Of a stretch of DNA of 64,000 nucleotides, positions 37,990-61,617 are shown piece after piece. Origin of the DNA: Neocallimastix sp. 'constans' (taxonomy: Eukaryota); the NCBI GenBank assembly GCA_050613775.1, contig JBODTK010000012.1, positions 372,001 to 436,000 on the forward strand, read 5' to 3'. Below the pieces are notes generated by a model that worked only from the letters and a program-made list of their open reading frames with translations, ran no database searches and was not told the DNA's origin. Both the position numbers and the translations under genes were made by a program. Position 1 is the first letter of the stretch. Every line of letters starts with the position of its first letter.

Positions 37990-39097
37990 GACAGTATTAA
38001 TATTACTACATGTATTAAGAATTAAAAGAAATTTATTAGTATATATTTATATTAATGAATTAAAATGTTCTGATATTGTATTTATATATTACATTAAATG
38101 AAATATGTTACTAGACAAAAAAAAAAAAATAATAATAATAATGTTTAAACTAATAACAAATTTATTAAGTATCATAATATATTTATGCTAATAATATAAA
38201 ATTAACTCAGTAAGGTTAGGAATCTTAAAAAGCGGTCTCTTGAATATATCCTCTTATAGGTTAAGCATTTCTCGGTGGTATTGAAGTTTCTAACAAATAT
38301 TAGTTGGAATATAAAGATAAATTTAACCCTAATCTCTAATACCTTTATTGGAAAAAATCATAAGAATAATGATATTGTAGGATCGACCAAAAGTGGTTAG
38401 GTATGTTTAATCGAGTTAGTAATAGATAAGACTTTAATTTAGTACAACGAAATGGTCGTCCTAATTTTCTTTTATATTATATTTCATTATTGTATATAAT
38501 TCACTTTTTGTTCCTTACATTTGAAATATTAATACATCTATATTTATAAAAAAATATTCCAATATAATATTTTATTTCTAATTAATTTATATGATAATTT
38601 TTTTTAATAATGAAAAAAAAAAAAAAAAAAAAACTTCTATGATATAAAAATTTATTTTAAAAAAGATAATAATATTTTACATATATTAATGTATTTTTCT
38701 TCAATAACTTCTGTAATAATGTAGTTTTTAAATATATAAATAATAAAAATATCTAAAAGAAGGAAGAAATTTTAAATTTAGTTTTTTTTTTTTTTTTTTT
38801 TTGTTCATATTAAAAAAGATTTTATTTCTTTTAAAATTATAAATAAAATATAAAATATAAAATATAAAATATATATATATATTTATAATAAAAAAATATA
38901 AAAAATGGATGAATATTTTGTAGATTTAAATAAATATTAATAATTTCTTGTTAGATAATTAAAAAAAAAAAAAAAAAAAAAAAAAATCCTCTATTAAAAA
39001 ATTTGGTTATATAAAAATATTAAAATATATAAAAAAAAAGAAAAAAGAAAAAATTACTATACTCTTATGTTAATTAAATTAATTAAATAAATAATTT

Positions 39098-39141
<44 letters not shown>

Positions 39142-39194
39142 AGTTATATATATGAATTATGTATTAATTAAAAAATTTTTTTTTAAGTTATAAA

Positions 39195-41922
<2,728 letters not shown>

Positions 41923-42166
41923 TTTTTTTTTTTTTCTTTGTGTATAATATATGAAAATTTAATAGCTCTTTTTTTTTGTTGTTGAATAAATTGAATAATT
42001 AAATTAATTAAAACAATAAACTTTTTTTTTTTTTTTTTTTGAAATTGATTTTATAATAATAATAACAATAAAAACTAATAATTGGATATAATATTTTAAT
42101 TTTTTTAAAAAAAAATTAAAATGAAATTTAATTTTTTATTATTAATATTATTTTAGTTTTTTTTTT

Positions 42167-42212
<46 letters not shown>

Positions 42213-45200
42213 TATATAATTAATTTATAATATGAATTATAAAATATTTATTAAATAATTAAACTTTCATTTTTATTTTATTTTTATTTTTTTTAAAAAA
42301 AAAAAAAAAAAAAACGTTTGGTATATTAAAAAAAATAATTTCAACCAATCATATCTTAAATTACTTTATGTCAATATATTTTAATATATATTTTATAAAA
42401 AATTTAAAAAATAAAAAAATTAAAAAATGAATAGATAATATTATATGTTTATATATGTCTAAAGGGGACTTTAATAATAATATTGAAAATTTAATAACCG
42501 GTCATTTAAAATTTGTTTAAATTTATAAGAATAACTGTATAAAAAATTAAATAAAAGATGAATTTAATTATAAAATTTATTACCACTACTACTTCCTTCC
42601 TTTACTAATATGATTACTACTACTATTACTATTACTATTACTATTACTACTATTACTATAACATTTTGAATTTTCCCTTTTAGAACAGTAGAAAAAAAAA
42701 TTTTTTTAAACAATTATAAATTTTAGAAAATCAAAAAAAAAAAAAAAAAGAAATGCTATTTAGAAATAATAAAATTATATATATCTTTCATAAAAATATA
42801 TAATAGATATAAGATTATTGAAATTCCTATAAAAATTAATATAATAAAAAACATGTATATAGGTTATAAAAAATTTTATTGAATAATTGTAAAAGTATTA
42901 CATGAATAAGCAATATTAACACAATAAAATTTCTTTACATATGAAGTCAAATTAGAAAATGAAAAGTAAAAGTAATCTGATGACAAAAACAAAATTAACT
43001 TAATAAGATTGAATATATTTTTATCATTCATATTAATAAAGATATAGATGGTTGATAATTAAATTAGGAAAGAAAAAATTTTCCCATCTGAGAAGTTGTT
43101 TAAAAAAAAAAAAAAAAAAAAAAGAAAGCCTATAGGATGATGTTGATGGTTTCCAGGGAATGATGACTTTTATTTAATGTATATATATATATCTTGAAGT
43201 TGATCAATCTTTGATTTTATAAAAAGTAAAATATATATCAGAGAGTAGAATTATTTTAATATTTTTTTTTGTTCTTTAAAAAAAAAAAGATCGATTTCAA
43301 TATAATTTTAATTACTTTAAAAATAATTGAAAAATAAAAAGGAGAGAGAACTTTAAGTCATCCAGAGACATAGAAAGTATTCATTATAATTTGTACTCTC
43401 ACATTATAAGCATTAGATAATATCTGAGAGTATAGCATCTCCTCAGTACAGTAGTAGTATTTTTTAATATTTAATGAAATAGTAATAGTAATATTATATC
43501 ATTGTGGATATATTTTTCATAATAATAAATATTTATTATAATTAATAATTAAAAAATTATAAAATATAAAAAAAATTTTTATTTATACTTATGAATATAT
43601 AAATTATAATTAATAGTAGTAATAATAATAGTAATAATAATATTTTTTATTATTATTATTTTTTATTATTATTATTTATTATTATTATAATTATTATTAT
43701 TATAAGATGTGATGTATTTGATATTTATTTTTTCACATCATTGAATTTATGTAACTCAAAATTATACTTGTTATATTATATTTTATTTTATTATTTTTTT
43801 TTTTTATTTTTTTGAATGTATAATGATTCTAATATATAATCTGTTCAATGAAGTAAAATATTTATTTATTTATTTATTTTTTTACAAAATGTTTAAATAA
43901 TAATAAATAAAATAAAAATATTTATAAAATAATTAAATAAAACAAAATATATTATAAAATTTAACAAAAAAAAAAATTTTTAAATAAAAATAATATAAAG
44001 TATTTTACAATGTTGATGTGATTTTATGGTTTTATATATACAATTACTATATAACAGATTGGTAAAACGAAATACTATAATATATATATATATATATATA
44101 AATAATATAATTTATAAAATTATTTATGATAATTATATATATAATAGTTACATTATATCATTAATATATCCTATATGCTTAGATATATGTGAAATATTAT
44201 AGAATCAATCATTAAAAAAATCAAATTAATTATCATACTAAAACATATATATATATAATGATAAGTGCAAAAAAAAATGACGAAAATGTATGCATGAGCA
44301 CTATATAAGAAGAATGTTTCAACAAATTATTATTTTGATAAAAGTTAATAAGTATTAAAAAAAAAACATAATAGAATTTTAATTTCTTAATTTAAAAAGT
44401 AATTAAATATTTAATATATCAAAAAAAAAAAAAAATTAATTTTTTGAGTAAAATGAATCCTGAATCACATAATGAATGAATATTTATTATATAATATAAG
44501 AACACATGAATTATATATAGTATTACTTTAAAATATAAATGAACAATAGTAATATTATATTTAATTTTTATTTAGATTTTATTTTAATTACTATCTTATT
44601 TTTATTTTCATTTATTTCATTTTAATTTTTAATTTTTAATTCTAACTTTATTTTGATGGTTCTTTTTTTTATTATTATTATTTTTTTTTTATATTTTCTT
44701 TTTTCTTAGAATAATAAATTTTTTTTTTTTTTTTTTTTTTCATTAAGATTTCATTTATTATATTAAATTATTAGGATTTGAATTATTTTTATATATTTTG
44801 TCACGGAAATTTAAAAATATTAATTAAAAATAAAGTAAAAAAAAAAAATAATAATAAAAAAATAAATTAAATTTAATTTAATTTAATTAAAAAAAAATAA
44901 AATAAAAATCTCCAAAAAAAAAAAAATTTGTTTTATTAATATTAATTAAAATTAATATTGAAATTATTTTATATATAAAAAAAAAATTATATATATATAT
45001 AAAAAAAAAATTTATATATTAAAAAAAATTTAAAAGATGAAATATAGTTTTAGAAAATTAAATATAGTTTAAAAAAAAAAAAAAATAAAATAAAATAAAA
45101 TAAAAAAAATAATTCATACCCTCTATATTTTATATATTAATATAATATATGAAATCTAAAATGAAAAAATATTTATAATGTGATCTCTCTAAAAATAATT

Positions 45201-45947
45201 ATAGTTGAAATTAATATAATAAAACAAGTATTATGAAAGGATTATCCTCCCTGTTGGTGTATTCAATTAAATTTATTAAATTTTTTTTTTTTTTTTTTGT
45301 AGTAGAATTATTACATCTAAAAAATTAAATAGAATATTCAATGTTTAATTATAGAATTTTTTATATTTTATAAAAAATTGTATTAAATAATAATAAAAAA
45401 AAAATTTTTTTTTTACATTATTTAATGATGTAATGTTATATACTAACACTTTAATTGGGAAAAATATATATATTTTTTTAAAGAAATTCTATTGTTTTAT
45501 TTTTTTTATTTTGTATAATTATTATAACTAGTATTATTAATATTTTTTTTTCTTTAATGTATATATGTATATATATATATTATATTTTTATTTATTTATT
45601 TATTATAACTTTTTAAAATATAATTGAGATATAAATATATATAAATTTTTTTTATATAAAATGAATTAATAAATATATTTTTATTGTATTTCTAAAAGAA
45701 AAAAAAATTATATATAAATATTATATATATATAATTTTTTCACTTTTTATATATTATATATCTATATTTAATTAATTATCACTAAATATTATCATTGTTG
45801 ATTTTTTTTTTTATCTTCTAAATATGTAATATATTAAGATGAATTATATTACATAATTATATATATATTAATTTTTTTCATTTCTTTTTCTTTTTCTTTT
45901 TTTTTTTTTTCTTTGAAATAAAAATGCAGTATAGGAAAAAAAAATTT

Positions 45948-45990
<43 letters not shown>

Positions 45991-46077
45991 TTCATTTCAT
46001 TATTTTCAATGTTTTATTTTTTTATTTTTATTTATTTATTTATTTTTTATTCTAATTTCTAATTTCTATTTTAAAAA

Positions 46078-51316
<5,239 letters not shown>

Positions 51317-52205
51317 TTTAAATTAAATTATCTTTTATTTAAGGTTTTATATATAAAAAAAATGTATTGTATAGATAGAAAATTTTGATAATAATATTTT
51401 TAACTGAAGGGATATAAATGTAATATTAATAAAGAATAATTTATATATGTATTATATAAATAAATATTTTATATTAAATATAAATGTATTATAATAAATA
51501 AATAAATAAATAAATAAATATTGAAGAGGTTTTAATATATATATATTTTAAATTCTATTTTAAGACAGTTTATTTTATTTGTTTTTTCTTTTATTATTTT
51601 ATTCTATTTTATTTGTTTTGTTTTGATTTTATTAAAAAAAAAAAAAAAAAAAAATCACTAGTATTGATAATTAAAAGACAATTTTTAATTATTATAATGT
51701 CTTTTATTTGAATTATATTATTTTACTTTCTTTTTATATATGATATATTAATAAACAAATTTCAAAAATAGTCTTTATATTTTAAGAAAAGAAAATAATT
51801 TTTTTTCTAATATTCTAATAAAAAATGTGAATAAATTAAGTCTTTTCTTGAAAATTATTTATATAAAAAGAAAGTAAAAAAAAAAGTTTTATATATTTAA
51901 ATCTCAATTATTATTATTATTATTATTATTAACTATTGAAGATTTTATAAATAGTATTAATTCATTTTAATATTATTAAGTTTATTTATTAATAGTTCAA
52001 AAATAAAAAAAGAAATGTATTATACATTTCATTAATTTTAATATCTTAAAAAAAAAAATAAAAAATAAAAAAAATTTAAAACGGCTTCTTTTTTTTTTGT
52101 ATTTTATAATTGATAATTAATAAAAAATTTTTTAATTAATGTATTAAAAATAATATCAAATAATGCTATTTTTTATATTTCTGTTCCTCTATATCTATTA
52201 CAAAT

Positions 52206-52236
<31 letters not shown>

Positions 52237-55200
52237 TATATTTATTTATTTATTTAGTACATAAAAATTATTGTTTTAATAATTATGTTTTAGATTTTAT
52301 TTATTTTCTATATATTTATATTAATTTACCTAAATGATAACTAAAAACTTATACAATACATTATTAATTTTACAAAAAAATATTAATAATAAATAATGAA
52401 TAATAAATAATAAATAATAAATAATAAATAATAAATAATAAATACTACTTTTTATACATACATTTATTATTATAATTTTTTTTTTTTGCCTTTTATAACT
52501 AATATTTAATATAAAACACTTTTTTTATTTATTTATTATTTAATTCAACATCATACATAATTTTTTATTTTTTTATATAAATGTTTATATCATACATTTA
52601 TATTTGTTTTATTAGAAAAATTATTCAAATTTAGTAATAAAAAATATTATGTTAAAAATTTAAAGTTACACAAAATGTTAATTTTTTTAATATAATTTTA
52701 ATATTTTTTAAAAAAAAAAAACATATATATATAATAGATACTTCTGAATTAAAATTATTTCAACTGGAAACGTGGCGTGGTAATATTTAAAATTGAAAAT
52801 TTTATTAATAAATTATTAATAGATAATTGAATACTTATATTATAGCATTATTGGTTTTATTATCATTTATTTAGTTTTATAGAGAGAAGATTTATTTTAT
52901 TAAGCATTAACTTTCAATTAGGTTTAAATAGAATTAGTATTTAGATATATTAGTTATTTAACCAAAAAATATATTTTATTAAAATTTTTGATTTATTGAC
53001 TTATTATTCAATATTATAATTATCTTTATATTTATTATTAATATTATTATTATTATTATTATGTCCATCATTTATAATATTTATTTATTATTTATTATTT
53101 ATTATATTTACTATTATTTTTTATTATAAAATATTATATATATACAAAAATAATTAATATTATCTATATATATATTTACATATGTATAATATTATTTATT
53201 CCTATTTACATATAGTATTTCATGTTTATTTATTAATTAATTAATAAAAAATTAATTACAATTGTGAGGTGATATTTTATACTTTTAAAATTAAAATATA
53301 TATATATATATATATAAATAAAACTTTAAATAGTAATAATGCTAATTGAAATATAAGAGAATTAGCAATAACATAATAATAATAATAATAACTATAATAA
53401 TAATGATAATAATTATAATTTCGATATATATAATAAAAAAAAATAATATGTATATTGAGGAGGTAATATTAATCATAGAATAAACCTTTATATATTAAGA
53501 AAAAAAAAAAAAAAAGAATTGTACAAATTGAATAGTTGCACAATTAAAAAAAAAAAAAAAAAAAAAAAAAAGGAGAATACATTATTAAATGTTTGTTTAA
53601 TTTAAAAAATATATATATTATAATATTTTAATATCTAATTTCAAATAAAAAAAATTTTAAATCTTTTAATTATTGTTATAAAGATCAAAAGTTGGCATAG
53701 AAATTAAACTGATCTCTTTATTAAGCAATTATTTTCATTTCATTTTTTATCTATATATAATATTTTATATTTGTTTTGTTATATTAATAAATGTATTTTT
53801 TAAAAAAATAAATAATTAGTATTTAATATTTAATATTTAATTATTTAATATTTAATATTTAATATTTAATATTTAATATTTATTTATTTAATATTTAAAT
53901 AAAAAATATATATATAATATATAATTAAATATAATAGAAATGTTTAGAAACATATTAGAAATGTATTAGTAAATATTTTTTATTTACTTTAATATATATA
54001 GAAATACATTAGAACTATAGTAAATAAAAAATATTTAAAAAATTAATAAATAATGATCTTTATTACATTATTTTCAATACATTCTACATTTTCAATACAA
54101 TTACGTATTTTGTATCACAGAAAATATTAAAAATAAAAAAATTAAAGGCAAAAAAAAAAAAATTTTTAAAAAAGATTTCAACAACTTATGAAGAAAAGAA
54201 AAGAAAAAAAAGCATTATTATTATTATTATCACCTGTTTTATTTTAGTAAAATATAAATAGAAAATTTAGTAATTGAACTTTTAAAAAAAAGGTTAAAAG
54301 AAAAAAATAATAATAATAAAAAATCAGTTTTTTTTTCGATATTTATAGTAATTAATAATTAAATAGCATCTATCACAAAGTAAATTAAAATATATTTACA
54401 TTAATTTTATAAATCAAATGATGTTTTAAAAAAAAAAAAAAACATGTTGCTAAATAAGATGTTCAATATTATTCATTAATATTTTATTATTATTACTATT
54501 ATTATTATTCTTTATTAAAATACCTAATCTTTATGATGATGATGATTACTAATTATTATCTATTATTAGTTATTATACTTCTTAACTCTTGTTTTATTAT
54601 TTAATTATTTATTATTATTCAATTTTTATTATTATTAAATTATTTATTATTTAATTATAACTTATTAAGTAATTAATAATATAAAAAAAATAAGTAATCA
54701 AATATGCTTCTAAATTTAGAAATTTAAAAATTTAATTCGATTTATTCAATTTATTATTTATATATTTATTTATCTATTTATTAATTAATTATTCATTTAT
54801 ATTTATATTTATTTATTTATTTATTTATATCTTTACTTGTTTATTTACATTTTTATTTATTTATTCGTTTATTTATATCATTATTTGTTTATTTACATTT
54901 TTATTTATTTATTCATTTATTTATTGTATTATCAATTACTAATATAACATATTTAATATTCCAATGACGTATCTGAAGAATTTATAATTAATTACGATTA
55001 ATATAAATATATTACAATATAATTTAATATATATTAAAATTTAATTAAATCAAGAAAGAAGGAATAAAATTCTAATTCATCCGGAGTAAAAAAAATCAAA
55101 TCAATTAAGTAATATAAATGAATATACATAAATAAATAAATAAATAATATATATTTTTTAATCTAAGTAAATAAATATTTAAATAAATTCAATAATATAT

Positions 55201-56619
55201 ATAAATAGATTTTAATTATTTATATATTAAAAATAATTTTAAGAATAAATTTTAAGAATAAATTTTATTCCACTAGTTTTTTATCTAAATATTATTTATT
55301 CATTCATTCAATTTATTGTACAAAGTGGAATAAATTATTTATTTTATTTATTCAATTATTATATTATTACATATATCTAACAATATATTAGAGTCAATTA
55401 TGTAGTATTCTATATATTATTTCTAATAACTTAACATTTATTTAGTTATTACTTACTTATACATTTATTTATTTTAAAATTATTTTACAATTTTTATAGG
55501 TTTAAAAAAAAAATTAATATATAAAAAAAAAAAGAATTTTTTTTTTCTTTTTTTTTTTTTTTTTTTTTTTTTTCGCTACTTCTTTTTTTTTTTTTTTATT
55601 TTTATATATATATATTTATTTTTGATTGTACATATGTTAGAATCTTAAAGTTTCTTTGTATTTTTTATTTTCTTATTAAAAATAAAAGTAAAAAAAATAG
55701 TAATAATAAAAAGTTCCAGTAAAAAAACTTTATTTACTTAAGAAATAGGGGGGAAAAAAAGTAAAAAATATAAAAATTTTATTTCTACTTTGTTTAAAGA
55801 AAATGAATCACTAATTTAAAAAATATATAATGAAATAAATGTTGATTTATTTTAATAAAATATCTTATTAAAAAATATTTTATATATAAACACTTGTTAG
55901 TTAAGAATATTACAAATCTATAAGTAGTCAGCATTAAAAAGAATTACAACTTTTTAAAATAAACCATAAATTAATAAATTCTAATTGTTTTTTTTTATTA
56001 TTATTATTATTGTTATTATTAATGAATTTTATAATAAGACAATATATATAAAATAAATTTCGACATTCTTTTTTTTTTTTATTATTATTATTATAAAGTC
56101 ATAATTCACAGTATAGTATTTTATTATTGAGCAATAATAATAAAAGAATCAAAGAAGAAGAAAAAAATGAAATATTCGTTATTTTAAATAAAAAATTTAT
56201 CATTCTTTTAATATATAAATTTGTTTTACATATTTACATTGTTGATAATCTTTTTTTTTAAAAAAAAAAAAAAAAGAAATTATAGAGGGACATAAAATTA
56301 AAATAATATATATATAATTTAATTGATTTATTACATTAATATTTCAATATTAATATATACTTATACATAAAAGAGAATAGTAATATAGAAAGAAATAAAA
56401 TTTAAAATATATAACAGCATATTATAATTATTATTAGTAATAATTTAATTAAAAAAAATTGTTATAATTTAATATAATTTAATAATATTTTTTATAATTT
56501 TATTTTATTTTTCACTTTTTTATTATTTTATATTATTTTATATTATTTTTTTTATTTTTTTATTTTTTCTTTTTTTTTTTTATTTATTCATCTCTTTTAA
56601 ATATAAAATTAATACTTCA

Positions 56620-58266
56620 ATGGATATAAAAGTAAAATCAGCAAAATTATCAAAAATTTTAATAATTTCTTCCATTGCCACAGGTGTAACCTTAAGTGGG
56701 GCCTACCTTATCTATAAACATAATAAAGACAATAAACAATATAAAAGAAATTCCAACTCCAACTTTTCAATAACTATTCACTTATCAAAAGATCAGGTAC
56801 ATAAGGGTAAATTTGATAATAAAACTAAAGATAAAGAGGCTATTAGTGAGGAAGATGAGCAAAGCGAAAGTGAAATTCATGACTTTAATGAATATGTTGA
56901 ATCACTACCTTCCTCGGAAGAAAAAAATTTTTTCTTAGATTTATATGATAAATTTATGAATATATTTTCTAAAAAAGAGGATTTATTAGACGATACCATT
57001 ATAATTACTAAACCTAATGAAGCTCTTTATACTCTCGATGATTCTGTAGAAATAGATGAAAATAATGATACCATAATAATTACGAAACCTAATGAATTTT
57101 CAACCTCTTCTCCTATAGATAGACCTAACAGTGATGAAAATGTAAAAATATTGAATGAAGTCATAGAACAAACTATAAATTTAGTAAATAATAATAATAA
57201 TGATAATGATAGTAATGATGAAAGTTTAGCATCGACCAGTAGTATTACTAGTACCTCAACGAAAACATTAAAAAATAAAAAGAATTTTGATAAAAATATT
57301 ATTGCTACCAATGATGGTGATCATAATAATGATATTAATATTAATAATAGTATTCATAATAGCGAATCATTGTCTGCTCAATCCTCCTCTTCTACACTCA
57401 TTGATAAACATGAATTCTCATCAGAGGAATTACAAAATAGTTCTTTTGATAATTCATTTATTATGAAAAATATAATGTCAGAAGTAGAAATAACTGAAAT
57501 TAAAGAAGCTGGAGATGAAGATGATTTTCATGAAAATAAATTTAAATTTGAAGAAATTATTAAAAATAACAATAATAATAAAAATATTGATAAAGAAAAA
57601 ATTGGTAAAGATAGTTATCCATCAAAAATCAATACCAATTATAATAATAATATCAATAATACCCTATCTACTAGAAAAAGAAAAGAAACCATCACTACCT
57701 TCAATTTTAAAAAATATGATACCGAAAACGAATTGATGGATAGTGAAAATGAAAATATTGTACCATCTACTCCAAAGATGAGTTTTTCCAGTCGTAATAT
57801 GATGTCACCTATGTCAACAGTCAGTCGTAATAATAATATTATTCAAACCCCAAAAATAGATAAAATGGATAATGAATCTATTAATCCTCTCAGTATTGAT
57901 ATTAATCAACTCTTAATGAGTCAAAATTTTGAATTTAGTGACGAAGAGGGTGAATATTCATCCGAAACCGAAACCATTGATAATAAGATTCATTCAAATG
58001 GTAAAACTCTTCATCGTGCCTCCTCCATATCATCAACTAGTACCTTCCAATCCGCTAAATCTAGTTGGACAGAAGGACATTCCTTTATGGAAGATAGTAG
58101 TCTCAATCATGAACCTTTGAGTCACTCATATGGTAATTCAATTAATGGTAATAGTAAAGATCAATTAAGTTTGAATGATGAATCATGGGAAGTGAATAGT
58201 GTATGTAGTAGTACTTCTGGATTTTATTCTGCACAAGAAGAATTTTTTGATGCCAATATGGATTAA
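56620..58266 (+). CDS. N-terminally anchored, acidic/disordered protein with a C-terminal FFAT motif (548 aa)
   Basis: Signal-anchor ILIISSIATGVTLSGAYLIY flanked by Lys residues, a low-complexity N/S/D/E-rich body, and a C-terminus STSGFYSAQEEFFDANMD. Confidence 0.8.
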   Translation: MDIKVKSAKLSKILIISSIATGVTLSGAYLIYKHNKDNKQYKRNSNSNFSITIHLSKDQVHKGKFDNKTKDKEAISEEDEQSESEIHDFNEYVESLPSSEEKNFFLDLYDKFMNIFSKKEDLLDDTIIITKPNEALYTLDDSVEIDENNDTIIITKPNEFSTSSPIDRPNSDENVKILNEVIEQTINLVNNNNNDNDSNDESLASTSSITSTSTKTLKNKKNFDKNIIATNDGDHNNDININNSIHNSESLSAQSSSSTLIDKHEFSSEELQNSSFDNSFIMKNIMSEVEITEIKEAGDEDDFHENKFKFEEIIKNNNNNKNIDKEKIGKDSYPSKINTNYNNNINNTLSTRKRKETITTFNFKKYDTENELMDSENENIVPSTPKMSFSSRNMMSPMSTVSRNNNIIQTPKIDKMDNESINPLSIDINQLLMSQNFEFSDEEGEYSSETETIDNKIHSNGKTLHRASSISSTSTFQSAKSSWTEGHSFMEDSSLNHEPLSHSYGNSINGNSKDQLSLNDESWEVNSVCSSTSGFYSAQEEFFDANMD

Positions 58267-58289
58267 AAAAAAAAAAATTCTTTATAAAA

Positions 58290-58321
<32 letters not shown>

Positions 58322-58723
58322 TTAAAAATAAAAATTACAAATTTCAAAAAAATTGAAAATAATTATATAAATGATTAAAAAAAAAAAAAAAAGTATTATA
58401 TTCTATTCTAATTTTATATATATTTATATAAATGAAAATGGTAATAAGGGTAAAGAAATTCATTTTTTTACGAGTAATAATTATAAATGTATAATTATTA
58501 ATAGAGAGAAAAAAAAAAAAAAAAAGGAAATCTCTTATTGAACCTCATTAATATGCTATTATTATTATTATTATTACTATAATTAAAAAGTTAATCATAG
58601 TAATTATAATATTAATAGTAATTTTTTTTTTTTTTTTTATCTATTAAAAAAAAAAAAAATAAAATAAAATTGATTCAAAATCCGAATCAATATTATTACA
58701 ATTCATTAAGTATAGAGAAAAAA

Positions 58724-58775
<52 letters not shown>

Positions 58776-59136
58776 GAAAAAAAAAAAGTTATAGTATATA
58801 TATATACAAATATATGTATGTTTATTATTTTTTTTATATATTGAGGAAGAGAATTATAATTCTTTGGGAAAGTAAACACGAAATAATAATAGTAATAATA
58901 ATAATAATAAAAATTATAGATAAAAAATATAAGAAAAAAAAAAAAAATGAAAAAAATGAAAAGATAAATTGTATGAATTTATATATTTATAATCTATATA
59001 TTTTATTTTTAAAAAAAAATAAATAAATAAATAAATAAATAAAATGAAATTAAAAATAAAATTAAATTAAAAAATATATATATAAAAAAAAATTAATAAA
59101 TAAATAAAAAAAAATTAAATAAATCTAAAATTAAAA

Positions 59137-59171
<35 letters not shown>

Positions 59172-59311
59172 GGTTTTAAATATATGAGATTTAAATAAGT
59201 AAAAAAAAATAAAATGGAAGAAAGATGAATTTGATTTGAACAAAAATATATAGATTTACAATTCTTTTAAATTTTTAATTATTTTCTTTTCTTATCTCTT
59301 AATGTTTATAG

Positions 59312-59382
<71 letters not shown>

Positions 59383-59789
59383 TTTAAAATAGGCTAAGAA
59401 TTACCTCTTAATATCTAATATGTTGTGATGTGATGTGATGTAACATTTTATTATGGATTTTATTTTATTTTATATGTTATATTATGTTATATTATATATT
59501 ATTTTATATTATTTTATGTTATATATAATTAAATTCCTCATTTCTTTTACTTTATAGATATATATATATATATTTATTTTATTTTTTTTTTTTTTTTTTT
59601 TTTTTTTTGACGATTATTACTGGAAATGGTAATTTTGATGACTACTACCACCACTTTTCTTCTTCTACCACCACCTTCCTATTTTTTTTTTTTTTTATTC
59701 ATCAAAAAGAAATTTGAATAATCGATAGTACTACTGTAATTATTTTAGATCACATTTATTATTATTATTAATTATTATTAATTATTATT

Positions 59790-60327
59790 AGTAGTAATAA
59801 AGGATTTTCTGATTTTCAAATTTTTTTAATAACAAAAATATACAACAACTACTATTATTAAAAGTATTTATTTTAAAGTTAAAGTATGTGTTTTGATCCA
59901 AGTAAACGATTAAAATCGTATTGTAGGAATTTCATATCTTTTAATTTAATAAAATAATAATTCAATTTCATATCGTTTATATATATATATATATTTTTTT
60001 TTCTATTTTCATTTTTTTTTTTATTTTTAAAATTAGGAAGAGTATACACCTTCATTGCTTAATTTATTAATTATAAATATATGTATATAATGTATTCCTA
60101 TACAAATGTAAAAAAATTTTATTACAAATATATTTAGATAAAATTTAAAATTAAATAAATAAATATATAAATAAATAAATAAATAAATAAATAAAAGAAT
60201 AAATTTAGATTCAAGATTATTATTATTAATTATTAGTAAGTAGTAGTAATAAAGGATTTTCTAATTTTCAAAAAATTTTTAAAAACAAAAATATACAACA
60301 ACTACTATTATTAAAAGTATTTATTTT
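59790..60327. repeat. Dispersed ~85-bp direct repeat (59790-59870 and 60242-60327)
   Basis: AGTAGTAATAAAGGATTTTCT.ATTTTCAAA...ACAAAAATATACAACAACTACTATTATTAAAAGTATTT is present twice. Confidence 0.85.
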
Positions 60328-60649
60328 GTTAAAACCAGAAAAAAAAATAATAATTATGAGAGCAGTATATTTGTATTCTGAGTATTGTAAATAGGTTTAG
60401 ACCATTCAAAAGATTTTCTTTGGTTTATTATAACCATCTGAAAGATTCTTATATAAAATTAATCAAAAAAAAAAAAAAAAAAAAAATAATAAAAAATAAA
60501 TAATAATTAAATTATAAATAAAATGTATATATATAATATATATATGAATCAATCCTAAAATAAATAATAGTAGTAATAATTTTTTTTTTTTTTTTATAAT
60601 ATTTTTATATATTATATATATATATTTATTTATTAATTCATTCATTCAT

Positions 60650-60680
<31 letters not shown>

Positions 60681-60744
60681 TTGCTTTTTTATTTATTACA
60701 ATTTTAAATACAATTTTAAATACAATTTTATTTTATTTTTATTT

Positions 60745-60803
<59 letters not shown>

Positions 60804-61363
60804 TTTTATGTTATTTTATTTATTTCATTTTATTTTATTTTATTGATTTGCTTAATCTATAAGAAAAAAAAAAAAATAAAAAAAATTATATTTAATTTTT
60901 CTATCTTTTTCTTTTTTTTCTTTTTAATGAAAATAAAAATAAAAACATAACAGAAAACACATATAAAAAAAAAAAAAAGTATTTATATTTAATTTATAAT
61001 AACATATATATTTATTAATCTAATAGAATAGAAAGTACAGTAAAAAAAAAAATAAAAAAAAATTTTTTTATATATATATTTTTTTTTTTTTTTTTTTTTT
61101 TTTTAGTAAAAAAAAATAATACATTGTATAAAATAATTTATTTATATATATATTTCTTTTTATATTTATCTTTAAACTAATAAAAAATTAATAAAATGGT
61201 TTTTCTATATATATATTAGTAATACATTTTTTTTCTTTAATCTTGTATATAAAAATTAATGGTTTTACACTAAATACTAATTATTGTTTATTTTTGTATA
61301 TTTATTGATTTATATATATATCTATCTTCTCCTTCCTTTTATTTTATTTTTTATATTTTTTAT

Positions 61364-61399
<36 letters not shown>

Positions 61400-61617
61400 C
61401 TGTTTGTTTTCTAAAAAGCTCTTATTTATTTATTTATTTTTTTTTTTAATTTAATTTTGATACTAAATTACTTATATTAATATAATAGAATAAATTTATT
61501 ATTATTAGAATTATATAAATTTTTATAACAAAAAAAAAAAAAAAGTTTATCTAATTATTTACTTATATTTTATTATTTGTTTTATTCTTCTATTAATTTG
61601 TCTTTATTTAATTTACT

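Noticed and set aside
43130..43450. TGATGA box-C-like motif and TACTCTCA/TGAGAGTA inverted repeat
   Set aside because: No properly placed box D, terminal stem or recognisable rRNA guide.
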